Notes: generated by a model not told the origin, from the sequence alone. A stretch of DNA of 64,000 bases from Leptonemataceae bacterium (GCA_965227295.1 OZ245742.1:4288001-4352000), one strand, 5' to 3'. Counted from the stretch's first letter, positions 20,383-30,300 are shown. A program made the numbers and translations.

Positions 20383-21315
20383 ATGTCATCTTTCCAGTTG
20401 CCGCGTAAAATTCTGGTCGGCGCCGCCCTCGGTGGGACCTCGCATCACAACGTCGCCGCCACCGATCAGGATCGCCGCATCCTCGAACGATCGTTGCGCA
20501 TCGCGGACCTCATCGGCGCCGAAGTGCGTTTGCTGCACATTGGTGAGTGGGCCGAGGCTCCGGGTGGGCTCGAAATCGAATCGGAGCTCATCGCCGAACG
20601 CGAGGCCGTATTGCAGTCATTTATCGACGAGACGCGAAAAAACACCGGCTTTACCGAAGTGAAGGTAAGCTACGGCATCAGCGTCGGCCGCCCCTGGGTG
20701 TGCCTGCTGGACGAGGCGCAGAAGTGGGACGCCGGGTTGATCGTCATCGGGCCGGTGGTGCATCGCCCGGGTATCGTGACCCGGCTCATCCACGGCAGCA
20801 CGGCGGGCCGGCTCATCCGCCAGTCGCCGGTGCCGGTCTTGAAGGTCTCCGGCGAACTCATCAGTGATACCATGCGAAACCTGCTCGTGCCGGTGGACTT
20901 TTCGCCGATGAGCGCGGACCTGGTGGCCGCCGCCAATGCCATCCACGAACGCCGGCCGGAGGTCCGCCGGTACCTGCTCCACTGCCTGCGTTTTCCCCAG
21001 GACATCGTCATGCATCGCACGCCGGACCCCCGCGAGGCCCTCCGGGAATATCACGCGCAGGTGGAGGCCGAGGCGCGCAGCAAAATCAACGCACTCCTGG
21101 GTGATCAGCGGGACGGCTGGGAGGTGATCATCGAACGCGATTGGATCGGCCGCGTGGCCCCGGAAGTCGTCCTCGAGTACCGCATCGACCTGATGATCAT
21201 CGCCGGGGTTTCGCTACCGCGCATCGCCGGCCTGCTGCTCGGCACCACGGCGGAGAAAATCCTGGAGTCCACCGACGTATCGGCCTACATCATTCGACCG
21301 CACGACGTTTCGTGA
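20383..21315 (+). CDS. Tandem-domain universal stress protein
   Basis: HGSTAGRLIRQSPVPVL, VPVDFS, LLGTTAEKIL. Confidence 0.9.
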   Translation: MSSFQLPRKILVGAALGGTSHHNVAATDQDRRILERSLRIADLIGAEVRLLHIGEWAEAPGGLEIESELIAEREAVLQSFIDETRKNTGFTEVKVSYGISVGRPWVCLLDEAQKWDAGLIVIGPVVHRPGIVTRLIHGSTAGRLIRQSPVPVLKVSGELISDTMRNLLVPVDFSPMSADLVAAANAIHERRPEVRRYLLHCLRFPQDIVMHRTPDPREALREYHAQVEAEARSKINALLGDQRDGWEVIIERDWIGRVAPEVVLEYRIDLMIIAGVSLPRIAGLLLGTTAEKILESTDVSAYIIRPHDVS

Positions 21316-21989
21316 ACGCAGGGAACCATGCCCACGACACCGCCCTCGTGGTGGTGGACATGCAGAAGTACTACCTGCGCCCCGAGTCGGATTTTCAACG
21401 CTACTGCGAGGCCCGGCGCCCCGGTTGCATGGCCTACATTTCGCGCCGTGCCAATTCCCTGGTCGTCCCGAATGTCGCCCGCCTGATCGAAGCCTTTCGG
21501 GCATCCGCCGCGCCGCTCATTTTTCTAAAGCTCTGCTCCCGGGATCCGGAGCGCGAAGATCTGCATCGTTTCTTTCGCGAGACCTGGAGCGCGGCGCGAA
21601 CCCACGGCTTTCGCAACGTTTATCCGCTGTTCGATCAGCCCATGGCGGACGTAGTCGACGAACTCGCGCCGCTGGAACGGGAGGGTGAAGCTGTCATCGA
21701 AAAGCGCACGTTCAGCGGGTTCACCGAAAGCGAACTGCACGATCATCTCCGGAGCCTGGGCGTCACGCGTTTGATCTTTACGGGCCTCGCCACGTCTCAG
21801 TGCGTGGAGACCACGGCCCGGGACGCCTCGGATCGCGGCTACGAGATCGTGCACATCGAAGACGCGCAGGCCGACTACGACGAACAAATGCATTTCGCAT
21901 CCCTCTACTCGTCCCAGGCCGTCTGCGGCGGAGACGTGCGCCGAACCCTGGAGTTCCTCGAAGAATTTTCTGTAGACATAAATGGTTAA
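21312..21989 (+). CDS. Isochorismatase family cysteine hydrolase
   Basis: ALVVVDMQ, K.TFSGF, GLATSQCVETTARDA; GTG start overlapping the usp stop. Confidence 0.9.
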   Translation: MNAGNHAHDTALVVVDMQKYYLRPESDFQRYCEARRPGCMAYISRRANSLVVPNVARLIEAFRASAAPLIFLKLCSRDPEREDLHRFFRETWSAARTHGFRNVYPLFDQPMADVVDELAPLEREGEAVIEKRTFSGFTESELHDHLRSLGVTRLIFTGLATSQCVETTARDASDRGYEIVHIEDAQADYDEQMHFASLYSSQAVCGGDVRRTLEFLEEFSVDING

Positions 21990-22010
21990 GATGAGCGAAG
22001 CTCGTTCCAT

Positions 22011-22589
22011 ATGGACGCAGCTTTTACCGCACACAACTCTTACTACTCCCGCAAGAAGTTCCTGAAAATCTTCGGCGGAGAAATCCGCATCTTCGACGAA
22101 GGCAAGAACAACCTGCTCTTCTTCGTCAAACAAAAGGCCTTTAAACTAAAAGAAGACATTACCATCTTCGGAGACGAGGGCCAGAGCCGGCCGTTGCTGA
22201 AGATCCAGGCCCGGAGCATCATCGACTTCGGCGCGACCTACGACGTCAGCGACGCGAACAGCGGTGAGAAAGTCGGCGCCCTGCGGCGTAAGGCCATGGC
22301 CTCGCTCATGCGCGATACCTGGCTCCTCCTCGACGCCAACGATAACGAAATCGGCACCGTCATGGAAGACAGCATGGGCATGGCTCTCTTGCGTCGCTTT
22401 CTCACGAACCTGGTGCCGCAGAACTTCACGATCCGCCTCGGCGAACAGGAAGCCGGCGAGATCAATCAAACGTTCAACCCGTTCATCGCGCAGTTCCGGG
22501 TCCACTTCAAGGCCGACAGCGCCCTGGACCGCCGCCTGGGAATCGCCGCGGTCGTACTGTTGCAGATAATCGAAGGACGCCAGGACTGA
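22011..22589 (+). CDS. LURP-one/scramblase-like protein
   Basis: VKQKAFKLKEDI, LDRRLGIAA. Confidence 0.75.
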   Translation: MDAAFTAHNSYYSRKKFLKIFGGEIRIFDEGKNNLLFFVKQKAFKLKEDITIFGDEGQSRPLLKIQARSIIDFGATYDVSDANSGEKVGALRRKAMASLMRDTWLLLDANDNEIGTVMEDSMGMALLRRFLTNLVPQNFTIRLGEQEAGEINQTFNPFIAQFRVHFKADSALDRRLGIAAVVLLQIIEGRQD

Positions 22590-22640
22590 GGGCTATTGCC
22601 GGGACGCCATCGATGACTACAAAGAGGCACACCGCGAAAC

Positions 22641-23570
22641 ATGAAAATCCGTACCCCCCTCACCGATCTTCTGAACATCGATCTGCCCATCGTCGGCGCG
22701 CCGATGTTCCTGGTTTCGTATCCGGACCTGGTCAGCGCGGTCTCCGAGGCCGGCGGCATCGGTTGTTTTCCGGCGTTGAACTATCGCACCTCGGAAGCAC
22801 TCCGCGACGGGCTCCAGGAAATGCGAGCGCGCACGCAAAAACCCATCGGCATAAATCTCATCTTACACAAAGAACACAACCCGCGCTGGGCGGAGCAGTA
22901 CGAGATCGCCATGCAGGAGAAGGTGGAGCTGGTCATCACCAGCCTGGGCAGTCCGCGCAGCATCGTCGGTGAAATCAAAAGCGCGGGCGCGAGCATCTTC
23001 TGTGACGTGACGACGCTGCGCCACGCGCAGGTGGTGGCCGAGGCCGGCGCCGACGCGTTGATCGCCGTGGCCGCCGGGGCCGGTGGTCACGCGGGGTCCA
23101 TCACGCCGTTCGCGTTATTTCCGTACTTGAAAGAACGGACCGGCCTGCCGGTGGTCGCGGCGGGGGCGATCAGCACGGGCAAACAAATGGCCGCGGCCCT
23201 GGCCCTGGGCGCGGACGCCGTCTATCTCGGCACGCGGTTGATTGCCACGCCCGAGGCGCAGGCCGCCGAAGGTTACAAGCAGATGCTGTTAGATGCGAAG
23301 CCGGAGGACATCGTCTACACCGACCGCGTGTCCGGCATTCCGGCCAACTGGATGCGGCAGAGCCTGGAACAATCGAAGGACATCATCGAGAACGCGACGG
23401 GACGCAAGTCCCTCGAAGACGTGCACGAGGATGCCAAACGCTGGCGGGACATCTGGTCGGCCGGGCACGGGGTGAGTGACATCGATCAACTGAAGCCGGC
23501 GGCGGAGATCGTCAAACGGATAGCTCAAGAGTATCTGGAAGTGCGCGTCGGGTTGCCGGGGGAATCTTAA
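22641..23570 (+). CDS. Nitronate monooxygenase/FabK-family flavin oxidoreductase
   Basis: GAPMFLVS, AGAGGHAG, AAGAI, YLGTR, WSAGHG. Confidence 0.9.
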   Translation: MKIRTPLTDLLNIDLPIVGAPMFLVSYPDLVSAVSEAGGIGCFPALNYRTSEALRDGLQEMRARTQKPIGINLILHKEHNPRWAEQYEIAMQEKVELVITSLGSPRSIVGEIKSAGASIFCDVTTLRHAQVVAEAGADALIAVAAGAGGHAGSITPFALFPYLKERTGLPVVAAGAISTGKQMAAALALGADAVYLGTRLIATPEAQAAEGYKQMLLDAKPEDIVYTDRVSGIPANWMRQSLEQSKDIIENATGRKSLEDVHEDAKRWRDIWSAGHGVSDIDQLKPAAEIVKRIAQEYLEVRVGLPGES

Positions 23571-23793
23571 CGGGTCGGCGTCGGCGCACAAGAGCCGCGG
23601 TTCGCGCAGTTTGCCGTGAGAAACATGAAGTAAATCGCGGAATTGAGAAGTGGATTTTTATGCTACGGCTCGCGGGAGTTGTGGATTTTCGTTTTGCTAA
23701 AAACGCCGCCTTCGACCCGGACGCGGATTTACGACTCAGCTACCGGCGGCGATTCAAAAATTCAGCGCGAACCAGCCATTGTGGCCCGTACAT

Positions 23794-23829
23794 AAAAAAC
23801 GGCAGGCCCGGGGAACCGGAACCTGCCGT
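23794..23829 (-). terminator. Terminator of the tRNA-Lys/tRNA-Glu transcript
   Basis: Minus strand ACGGCAGG...CCTGCCGT followed by a T-run. Confidence 0.75.
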
Positions 23830-23857
23830 CATCATAAGTCGTCGCCGGAGCGACATG

Positions 23858-23929
23858 CATCCCGTAGGGGAATCGAACCCCTGTTGCTGGAATGAAAATC
23901 CAGAGTCCTAACCGCTAGACGAACGGGAC
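23858..23929 (-). tRNA. tRNA-Glu (TTC)
   Basis: Reverse complement GTCCCGT..CTGGA-TTTTCAT-TCCAG..GGTTCGATTCC..ACGGGATG folds as a cloverleaf. Confidence 0.96.
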
Positions 23930-24067
23930 GTGTTATCTATCTATTTTCGAAACAGAAAATAAATGCGAACAGCAGTCAGGACCGTTCTCGAAGACCACCG
24001 GCGGGCCGGCGAACTTCGCTTTAATAGCCTCATTCCCGGCACGCGGCCGGAACTCAAGCTATTTTTG

Positions 24068-24140
24068 TGAGGCGTCAGGGGCTCGAACCCTGGACCACTT
24101 CCTTAAAAGGGAAATGCTCTACCAACTGAGCTAACGCCTC
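24068..24140 (-). tRNA. tRNA-Lys (TTT)
   Basis: Reverse complement GAGGCGTTAGCTCAGTTGGTAGAGC..CTTTTAA..GGTTCGAGCCC..CGCCTCA. Confidence 0.96.
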
Positions 24141-24239
24141 GCATCAGCAATCCCGGCCACGTTATGTAGCGTGCGCAACGGGTCAACCGGAAAAGTGTTT
24201 CAGCTTGCCCTCAGAGCCCCCGCCCCGTACACGAACGCG

Positions 24240-24845
24240 ATGCTCAATTCGATCACCAACGCCATGCACGCCGCCGCGCTGATTACCTATACCACGCTGG
24301 TCTACTATTACATGCAGGCCGGTGACGAGCGCTATACGGTCTGGATCTTCCTCACGTTCCTCTTCGTCTCCATCCTGAAGTTCCTGGGAATCATCGTGCA
24401 TCTGCCCTGGGTCGATCTGCCGAACCGGGAACGCCACAACTTCGTGTGGATTCTGATTTCGATTGGCCTGGTCTTTCTGAATTATGCGACGCTGCGGGCG
24501 ATCCACATTCCGATGTGGGCGCTGATCCTGGGCATGCTCATCACGGTGCTCTTCTGCGGTCTCTACGTACATTCCCTGTTCGTAAGAACCGGGACGTTTT
24601 TCTTGATTGCGATTGCCCTCGCCTCGGTCTACACGCTCTGCGCAATCTTCACGCAGGGCCTGCTGCAAATCGCCTGGATCTGCATGATCCTCTCGCACGT
24701 ACTGTGGCTCGGCCTGGAACGCGTGCCGTGGTTGGAACAACGCAAGTTGCACAACGACATCTATCACCTGGCGTTGATTGCGAGTAGCTTCATTCTGTAC
24801 AAATCCATCGCCGAAGGTCTGTGGGCTGCGGGACCGGCGTGGTAA
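24240..24845 (+). CDS. Multi-TM membrane protein with conserved His residues
   Basis: About 7 hydrophobic segments, HNDIYH motif; start ATG 24240. Confidence 0.7.
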   Translation: MLNSITNAMHAAALITYTTLVYYYMQAGDERYTVWIFLTFLFVSILKFLGIIVHLPWVDLPNRERHNFVWILISIGLVFLNYATLRAIHIPMWALILGMLITVLFCGLYVHSLFVRTGTFFLIAIALASVYTLCAIFTQGLLQIAWICMILSHVLWLGLERVPWLEQRKLHNDIYHLALIASSFILYKSIAEGLWAAGPAW

Positions 24846-24864
24846 GATGAAGTAAGAATTTCTC

Positions 24865-24977
24865 GGGCGCCCCCGCCCCTCCGGGGCGGTCGGGCTGCTC
24901 CGGGCGTGAAAGTAGCGACGCGTCTTACGCGTCGTCGGGTGGGGAATCCGCTGGCGCGGATTCCATGCTTCGCTGCG
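24865..24977 (+). repeat. Structured intergenic element, copy B 5' half (interrupted by IS)
   Basis: GGGCGCCCCCGCCCC-TCC-GGGGCGGTCGGGCTGCTCCGGG, nearly identical to the 5' end of copy G. Confidence 0.85.
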
Positions 24978-26134
24978 GGGGCTGACCAAAAAGTGGCCTG
25001 CCAGAAGAGATAGGGCATTCATTTTATTGGGGGGAGCTCCGCTCCCCCTGGCTCCGACCCGCGTCGCTACGCGAACGCCCGGGCCTCGCCTTCGGCGACC
25101 GGCTCACCCTCCGGGCAAGCCTGGCCCGGGCTCGCGGTTCTCCGCCACCCCCTCGGTGTGCAGGCTCCGTTCGCAGCTCATTCTTTTAACATTATGGGCA
25201 AGATAGAACAACCCGGCGTCGGCTTGTGCGCCGGCAAGGCCCCGGGTTACATACCGGCGCCGCTTTTGATTGAATTTGCCGTCTCCGAAAACGGTTTCCA
25301 CAGCATGGCCCCGCACTCGTTGAAACTCACGACCCTGCGGGCTGTTAAGATTCTCTCGTGTGATGTTACGCAGCCTCTCCAGATTCGGACGCACGGTCAG
25401 CGTGCCGGAACTACCCGGCGTGCATTTCTGCCGTAACGGACACTGTATGCAATCCGGAGGCGCGCTGTACTCACGGCTGTGCTCCACATACCCCGTGCGA
25501 CTCAGACGACTCTTCGTTCGCTGAAAAGGCAAACGTCCCCCGGCCGGGCAGGTATAGACGTCACTGAATTCATCATACGAAAAACGGTTCAAGCGTACAC
25601 GTTCTTCATTCCATTTTGGAGATCTTTCACGAGATGATGCCGTCTTTCATGCGCATCGGCCGGGCGTCATGATCCGTGCGCGAACAGCCATTGCGATTTT
25701 GCAGGATTTCCCGCTGTTTTTCGTACTTTTCGCGCCGGCGTTCTAACTCACGCGTTCTGCGGAGTTTTTTTTAGTGTCTGCGAGCATCATGCGCGGATCA
25801 TGCGCGGATCATACGCACTCGTGCCGCCGCCGCGATAGGCAGTGTAGAGTTCACTGAGGTCCATCCTGTCAATCAACTCGCTGACAATCCGTGCCAGATG
25901 CCCCGGCTCCACGTAGTCTTCTGTACTCGGCGGGAAAAGATAACTCTCGTTTTGAACATACGGCTTGAACTTCTGCGCCCTGGGCTTCCGCGAGGCACCA
26001 CTCAATTCGGTCGTTTCAGGGAAAAGTTCGTCTGCGTGCGGATCTGACATGGGCAGAGCCTCAACCGGCCATCGCCCTTTTCCAGGAATTTTCGTTGTGT
26101 CAAGTCCGTATCCAGGACCTTTTTGGTCAGCCCC
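24978..26134 (-). mobile_element. IS1182-family element, internally deleted (1157 bp)
   Basis: Perfect 16-bp terminal inverted repeats GGGGCTGACCAAAAAG (24978-24993 / 26119-26134) enclosing transposase fragments. Confidence 0.88.
25104..26050 (-). pseudogene. IS1182 transposase pseudogene (N-terminal fragment 25787-26050, C-terminal fragment 25104-~25631)
   Basis: FKPY.Q...LFPPS..DY...HLAR...AYDPRM (N-term); YTCPAG..C..CPLRQKC..VETVFG..K..AHN (C-term); central DDE region missing. Confidence 0.88.
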
Positions 26135-26169
26135 TGGCTTCGCCACCCTGCGCATCCCTGGCGCGAAGA
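26135..26169 (+). repeat. Structured intergenic element, copy B 3' half
   Basis: TGGCTTCGCCA-CCCTGCGCATCCCTGGCGC-GAAGA directly after the IS TIR; matches the 3' end of copy G. Confidence 0.88.
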
Positions 26170-26210
26170 GACGAGCAATATCATCCGCCCACCGACTCTC
26201 CCGATCTTCC

Positions 26211-26235
26211 CCTCGGCGACCTCGGTCCTCGGAGT
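26211..26235. repeat. CCTCGG tandem motif (second repeat family)
   Basis: CCTCGGCGA-CCTCGGT-CCTCGGAGT; the 15-mer CTCGGTCCTCGGAGT recurs at 40604-40618 and inverted at 40505-40519. Confidence 0.7.
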
Positions 26236-26247
26236 GAACCCTCTTCC

Positions 26248-26862
26248 TCACTGCGGCACGTGAAACAAACCGGAGATCTCGTCCTCGGTGAACAGATGAT
26301 TCAGATTCATCAACACCACGAACTCATCTTTGTTCTTACCGACGCCGGTTACAAACTTACTCGCGGCGGACTTTAAGGACGGCGGGCCCGGGTCGATGGA
26401 TTCCGGTGGGAAACGAACGACGTGCGAAACCTGGTCGACGGCCAGGCCGATGCGGCGGCCGCTCATGTTGATGATGATGGCGCGGTCCAGTTTCTTGCGT
26501 GCGTTGCGCACGGCCTGGGCGGCCGCGGTCTCGGGCTTTGCGCCTTCCCCGGTGGACGACGCGTCGGCCTGCTTCGCACCGACTTCCGGCGGCCGATCTT
26601 CGTCGTCCGTCTGAATGGCCAGCTTGCGCTTGAGGTCGACGATGGGCAGGACCTTGCCCCGAATGTCCATGAGGCCCAGAAAATAATTGCGTGAGTGCGG
26701 GATCTTGATGAGGTTCTCGACCTTGACGATCTCGGCCACCTGCAGGACGGGGATGCCGTACTCCTCTTCCCCCAACATGAACGTGAGGTACTTCTGCTGG
26801 ATTTCCTGCTGGGCCTTCTCGTGGGCCCGCTCCTGCGCTCTACCCGTGCCGGGGGACTTCAT
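26248..26862 (-). CDS. cheW: Chemotaxis coupling protein CheW
   Basis: YLTFMLGEEEYGI..V.EI, GLMDIRGKVLPIVDL, IGLAVDQV. Confidence 0.93.
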   Translation of the reverse strand: MKSPGTGRAQERAHEKAQQEIQQKYLTFMLGEEEYGIPVLQVAEIVKVENLIKIPHSRNYFLGLMDIRGKVLPIVDLKRKLAIQTDDEDRPPEVGAKQADASSTGEGAKPETAAAQAVRNARKKLDRAIIINMSGRRIGLAVDQVSHVVRFPPESIDPGPPSLKSAASKFVTGVGKNKDEFVVLMNLNHLFTEDEISGLFHVPQ

Positions 26863-26917
26863 GCGAACACCTTATCAAAGACGTCCGCTGCAAGCAAGCC
26901 ATCCGCAGCCGCTCCGA

Positions 26918-27691
26918 TCAAAGAAAAACGCCCCACATGCGGTACTGGATCTGCCAGTAGACCGTCACAGCGCTCGCACACATCAGGATCATGACCTTCG
27001 GCAGGAACGGATCGCGCTGGCGCCACAGCCAGTCGGTGGCCCCGGCGAAGACCCCCAGGGCACCCAGGTATCCGGCGAGTTCGGTGACACCAAACATGTT
27101 CTGTAAATAAGCCCAGTACAGCCACAGGCCCACGCTCAGATCGGTCAGCTCCGCCGGCATGCGCCGGAGGAGTCGGCTGTACCATGGCGCGTAGCGTTCT
27201 TTCCGCGCGCGGTCCCGCTTCTTCGCCAGGTACTCCCGGATGAGCTCCAGGAGACTGAAGCGCGTGGTGATGGGCAGCACGTCGGATCCGCGCCCGCCCC
27301 GATCCCGGCCCGCCGGGAACAGCGGTTCCTCGGGCAGGCCGTAGCATCCGCCGATGGCCTCGAGTACCGGGGCTTCCGGCAAGAATGCGAAGTACTGCGC
27401 GAAGCGACTCAGGCGCGAGGTCAGGTCCACCGAACGTTTGCCGGCCACCTCGCGTTCCTGCAAGATCGTCCCGCCCTTGATCAACGAGACGTACTCCCGG
27501 CCGTTTTCCGACGCCGAACGCAGGCAGATGCGCACCATCCGCCGGGCAAAGCTGAAATCGACCTCCAGCTCGTCCCCTTCCGGGGTCTCGGTGTAGTAGG
27601 TCCGGGTGAAGCCTTCCTGCTGGGACTGCCGCGTTTTCCAGAGATTGTGGAGCTGCCCGCTGTCGGGGAGAGATACGCCGGGTTGAATCAT
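26918..27691 (-). CDS. Hypothetical protein with C-terminal TM helices
   Basis: 257 aa ORF with coding-like codon usage, soluble N-terminus and about 3 TMs. Confidence 0.65.
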   Translation of the reverse strand: MIQPGVSLPDSGQLHNLWKTRQSQQEGFTRTYYTETPEGDELEVDFSFARRMVRICLRSASENGREYVSLIKGGTILQEREVAGKRSVDLTSRLSRFAQYFAFLPEAPVLEAIGGCYGLPEEPLFPAGRDRGGRGSDVLPITTRFSLLELIREYLAKKRDRARKERYAPWYSRLLRRMPAELTDLSVGLWLYWAYLQNMFGVTELAGYLGALGVFAGATDWLWRQRDPFLPKVMILMCASAVTVYWQIQYRMWGVFL

Positions 27692-27807
27692 GGGATTTCT
27701 TCAGGCCGCGCAACTCGCGGCTATTCTGTATAACGGCCGACCCGGCGTGACCGTTGAGAAAGAATTTTCGAATTGACCGCATCCTTCCCGGGACGGATGA
27801 CGAAATT

Positions 27808-28137
27808 ATGGCATCCGACGATCGTGAGATCGATACCGTCCTGGGCGACGACATCAGCTTCCGCGGGAAGCTGCATTTCAAAAAGACGCTGCAGATCAAC
27901 GGCCGCTTTAAGGGCTTCATCAGCACCGGCGGTCATCTGATCATCGGCTCCGGCGCAAAGGTCGATGCGGACATTGAAGCCGGGGACGTCTCCGTTCACG
28001 GCGAGCTGCACGGCAACGTGGCGGCCCAGAAGCGCATCGATCTTACGAAAACGGCCCGTCTGCGCGGCGACGTCCGCACGCCGGATCTCAGCATCGAGCC
28101 GGGTTCCAAATTCAACGGCAACTGCATCATGAACTGA
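27808..28137 (+). CDS. Bactofilin (polymer-forming cytoskeletal protein)
   Basis: IDTVLG.DI.F.G.L..LQING, IEPGSKFNGNC.M. Confidence 0.92.
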   Translation: MASDDREIDTVLGDDISFRGKLHFKKTLQINGRFKGFISTGGHLIIGSGAKVDADIEAGDVSVHGELHGNVAAQKRIDLTKTARLRGDVRTPDLSIEPGSKFNGNCIMN

Positions 28138-28147
28138 GCGGGTTACC

Positions 28148-29125
28148 GTGTCCCTACTGAGCATCCGCGTACCAGCCACGAGCGCCAACCTCGGCCCGGG
28201 CTTTGATATGTTCGGCGTCGCGCTGAGCCTGCATACGTCCTATCATTTCAACTTTGACGAGGCGCCGGGAACTACCGCCCTCTTCGATCGCACGGGCGCC
28301 CCCCTGCCCATCCCGGAAGAGCACAACCTCATCGCCACGGCCTTTCGTTCCTTTCGCGACCGCAACAGTCCGGAGCGGGCCGGCGAGCCGCGTCCCGGCT
28401 TCTCCGTGCGGGTGGAAAACGACGTGCCCACCGGCCGCGGCTTCGGTTCCTCGGCGAGCGCCCTCGTGGCCGGCATCGCCGCGGCGCGCTACTCCCTGGA
28501 TCTGGACGTCTTCGCAGACGGTGACGGAGATGTGCAAATCTTGAACGAACTGGAAGGCCATCCGGACAACGTGGCGCCGGCCCGCCTGGGCGGTTTCGTC
28601 CTGGGCTATGCACAATCGAACGGGCGCATTATTACCATCCGCAAACGCCTGCCCGACGAACTCGGCCTGGCCGTGTTGTTTCCGAACTTCAATATCTCCA
28701 CGCACGTCAGCCGCACAAAGTTGCCCGAGTCTATTCCCATGCCCGATTGCCTCATGACAATGAAGGGTGTGCTTCTGTGGCGTGAGTACTTAGAAGACGG
28801 CAACGTCGCTCATCTCATCGAAGCCCTGGCATCGGATCGCCTGCACGAACCGTATCGCGGCCAGGACATTCCCGGCTTCCAGGAGTTGCGTGATCGGGCC
28901 CAGGACATTGGATTGTACGGGGTAACGATCTCCGGTTCAGGGCCGTCGCTGCTGGTGTACTTCGACCGCTCCCGGGAATCCGAGATCCTGCCGAAGGTCC
29001 AGCAAATCCTGGAGTCGCGCTGCGCGGATCGGGCGTTTCAGATTCAACCGTGCAGTGTGGATTATGACGGGCTGTGCGCTGTAACGGCGGACGCGGTGGC
29101 CGGAGAATCGCGGACGCCTGGGTGA
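28148..29125 (+). CDS. thrB: Homoserine kinase
   Basis: PATSANLGPGFD, GRGFGSSA, EGHPDN, LHEPYR, ISGSGPS. Confidence 0.95.
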   Translation: MSLLSIRVPATSANLGPGFDMFGVALSLHTSYHFNFDEAPGTTALFDRTGAPLPIPEEHNLIATAFRSFRDRNSPERAGEPRPGFSVRVENDVPTGRGFGSSASALVAGIAAARYSLDLDVFADGDGDVQILNELEGHPDNVAPARLGGFVLGYAQSNGRIITIRKRLPDELGLAVLFPNFNISTHVSRTKLPESIPMPDCLMTMKGVLLWREYLEDGNVAHLIEALASDRLHEPYRGQDIPGFQELRDRAQDIGLYGVTISGSGPSLLVYFDRSRESEILPKVQQILESRCADRAFQIQPCSVDYDGLCAVTADAVAGESRTPG

Positions 29126-29278
29126 TTGATTCCATCGCTAACGCAAGAAGAAATGCACTCCGGATTCCGCTGGTCAGTGCGGGCGTTCTGGATTTTCCTG
29201 CTATAGAATTCGAAACCCCGCCTGCTCCCGGTTCGTCCAATCCGGAGCAGTCTTTTTATTAGAACAGGAGTATTTCTC

Positions 29279-30295
29279 ATGCGCATTTCGATCCGCCACC
29301 TCCCGGCCGTAGCTCTGATCGCCCTCTTCGGCCTCACGGCCTGCGGCGAGCCGGGTCCCAGTGTGGTCATCAACGGCAAAACCTACACCGAATCCGATCT
29401 CAAAAGCCAGAGCCCGTCTCGCTACGAATCCATCCGCGACGAGTACAACAAAAACATCTACGGCGCGCTCCAGCAAATGGGCACCCAGAAACTCTTCGAG
29501 CTGGAAGCCGAAGAAAAAGGACAGAGCATTGACGAGTACATGGGTACTCTCCGCAGCCAGGCGAAGCCGCCCTCCGAGCAGGAACTCCTCGAAACCTACA
29601 ACGATCTCAAAGCCACCGGCCAGATCAGCACGGAAAGCTACCCGGAAGTCCGTGACCGCATTGCTCAGTTTTTGATGGGGCAGCAGTCCCAGGAAATAAT
29701 GGGCCGTGAGGTGAGCCGCCTGAAAGAAAAATACGGCTACAGGGCCAGCATGGGCCCGGTGCAACGCAAAGAGGTCGCCATCGAAGACGACCCGTACCGT
29801 CTCCAGGAAAAAGGCAAGGTCACGATCATCGAATTCTCGGACTTCGAGTGCCCGTTCTGCACGCGCGTCCAGGCCACGGCCTCGCGCCTGCGCGAAAAGT
29901 ACGGCGATCAGATGACCTGGGTGGTCAAAGACTTCCCGCTCTCCTTTCACGAAAATGCCATGCAGGCCCACGTCGCGGCGAACTGCGTGCTCGCCCAGGA
30001 CAAAGAGAAGTACTGGGCCTTCTTCGACGGTCTCTTCGCCGAAGACCGCCCGGCGGACTACCTGGCGCCGGAAGAACTGAACTCTCTGGCCGCGCGCGTC
30101 GGTGCCGACATGAAGGATTACAGCATCTGCATGTCGAATCCGGACGTAATGCGCGCGGAGATCGAGAAGGACATCGCCCAGGGCGAGGCGGTGGGTGTGC
30201 GCGGAACGCCGGCCTTCTTCATCAACGGCCGCTTCGTTTCCGGCGCGTTGCCGTACGAAGATTTCGAGTCCATCATCGAAGAAGAACTGAATTAG
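29279..30295 (+). CDS. DsbA/thioredoxin-family lipoprotein
   Basis: Lipobox LTAC, FSDFECPFC, GTPAFFING. Confidence 0.9.
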   Translation: MRISIRHLPAVALIALFGLTACGEPGPSVVINGKTYTESDLKSQSPSRYESIRDEYNKNIYGALQQMGTQKLFELEAEEKGQSIDEYMGTLRSQAKPPSEQELLETYNDLKATGQISTESYPEVRDRIAQFLMGQQSQEIMGREVSRLKEKYGYRASMGPVQRKEVAIEDDPYRLQEKGKVTIIEFSDFECPFCTRVQATASRLREKYGDQMTWVVKDFPLSFHENAMQAHVAANCVLAQDKEKYWAFFDGLFAEDRPADYLAPEELNSLAARVGADMKDYSICMSNPDVMRAEIEKDIAQGEAVGVRGTPAFFINGRFVSGALPYEDFESIIEEELN

Positions 30296-30300
30296 CGACT

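Noticed and set aside
23858..26134. tRNA-anchored genomic island or prophage
   Set aside because: No integrase, phage genes or duplicated tRNA 3' end seen.
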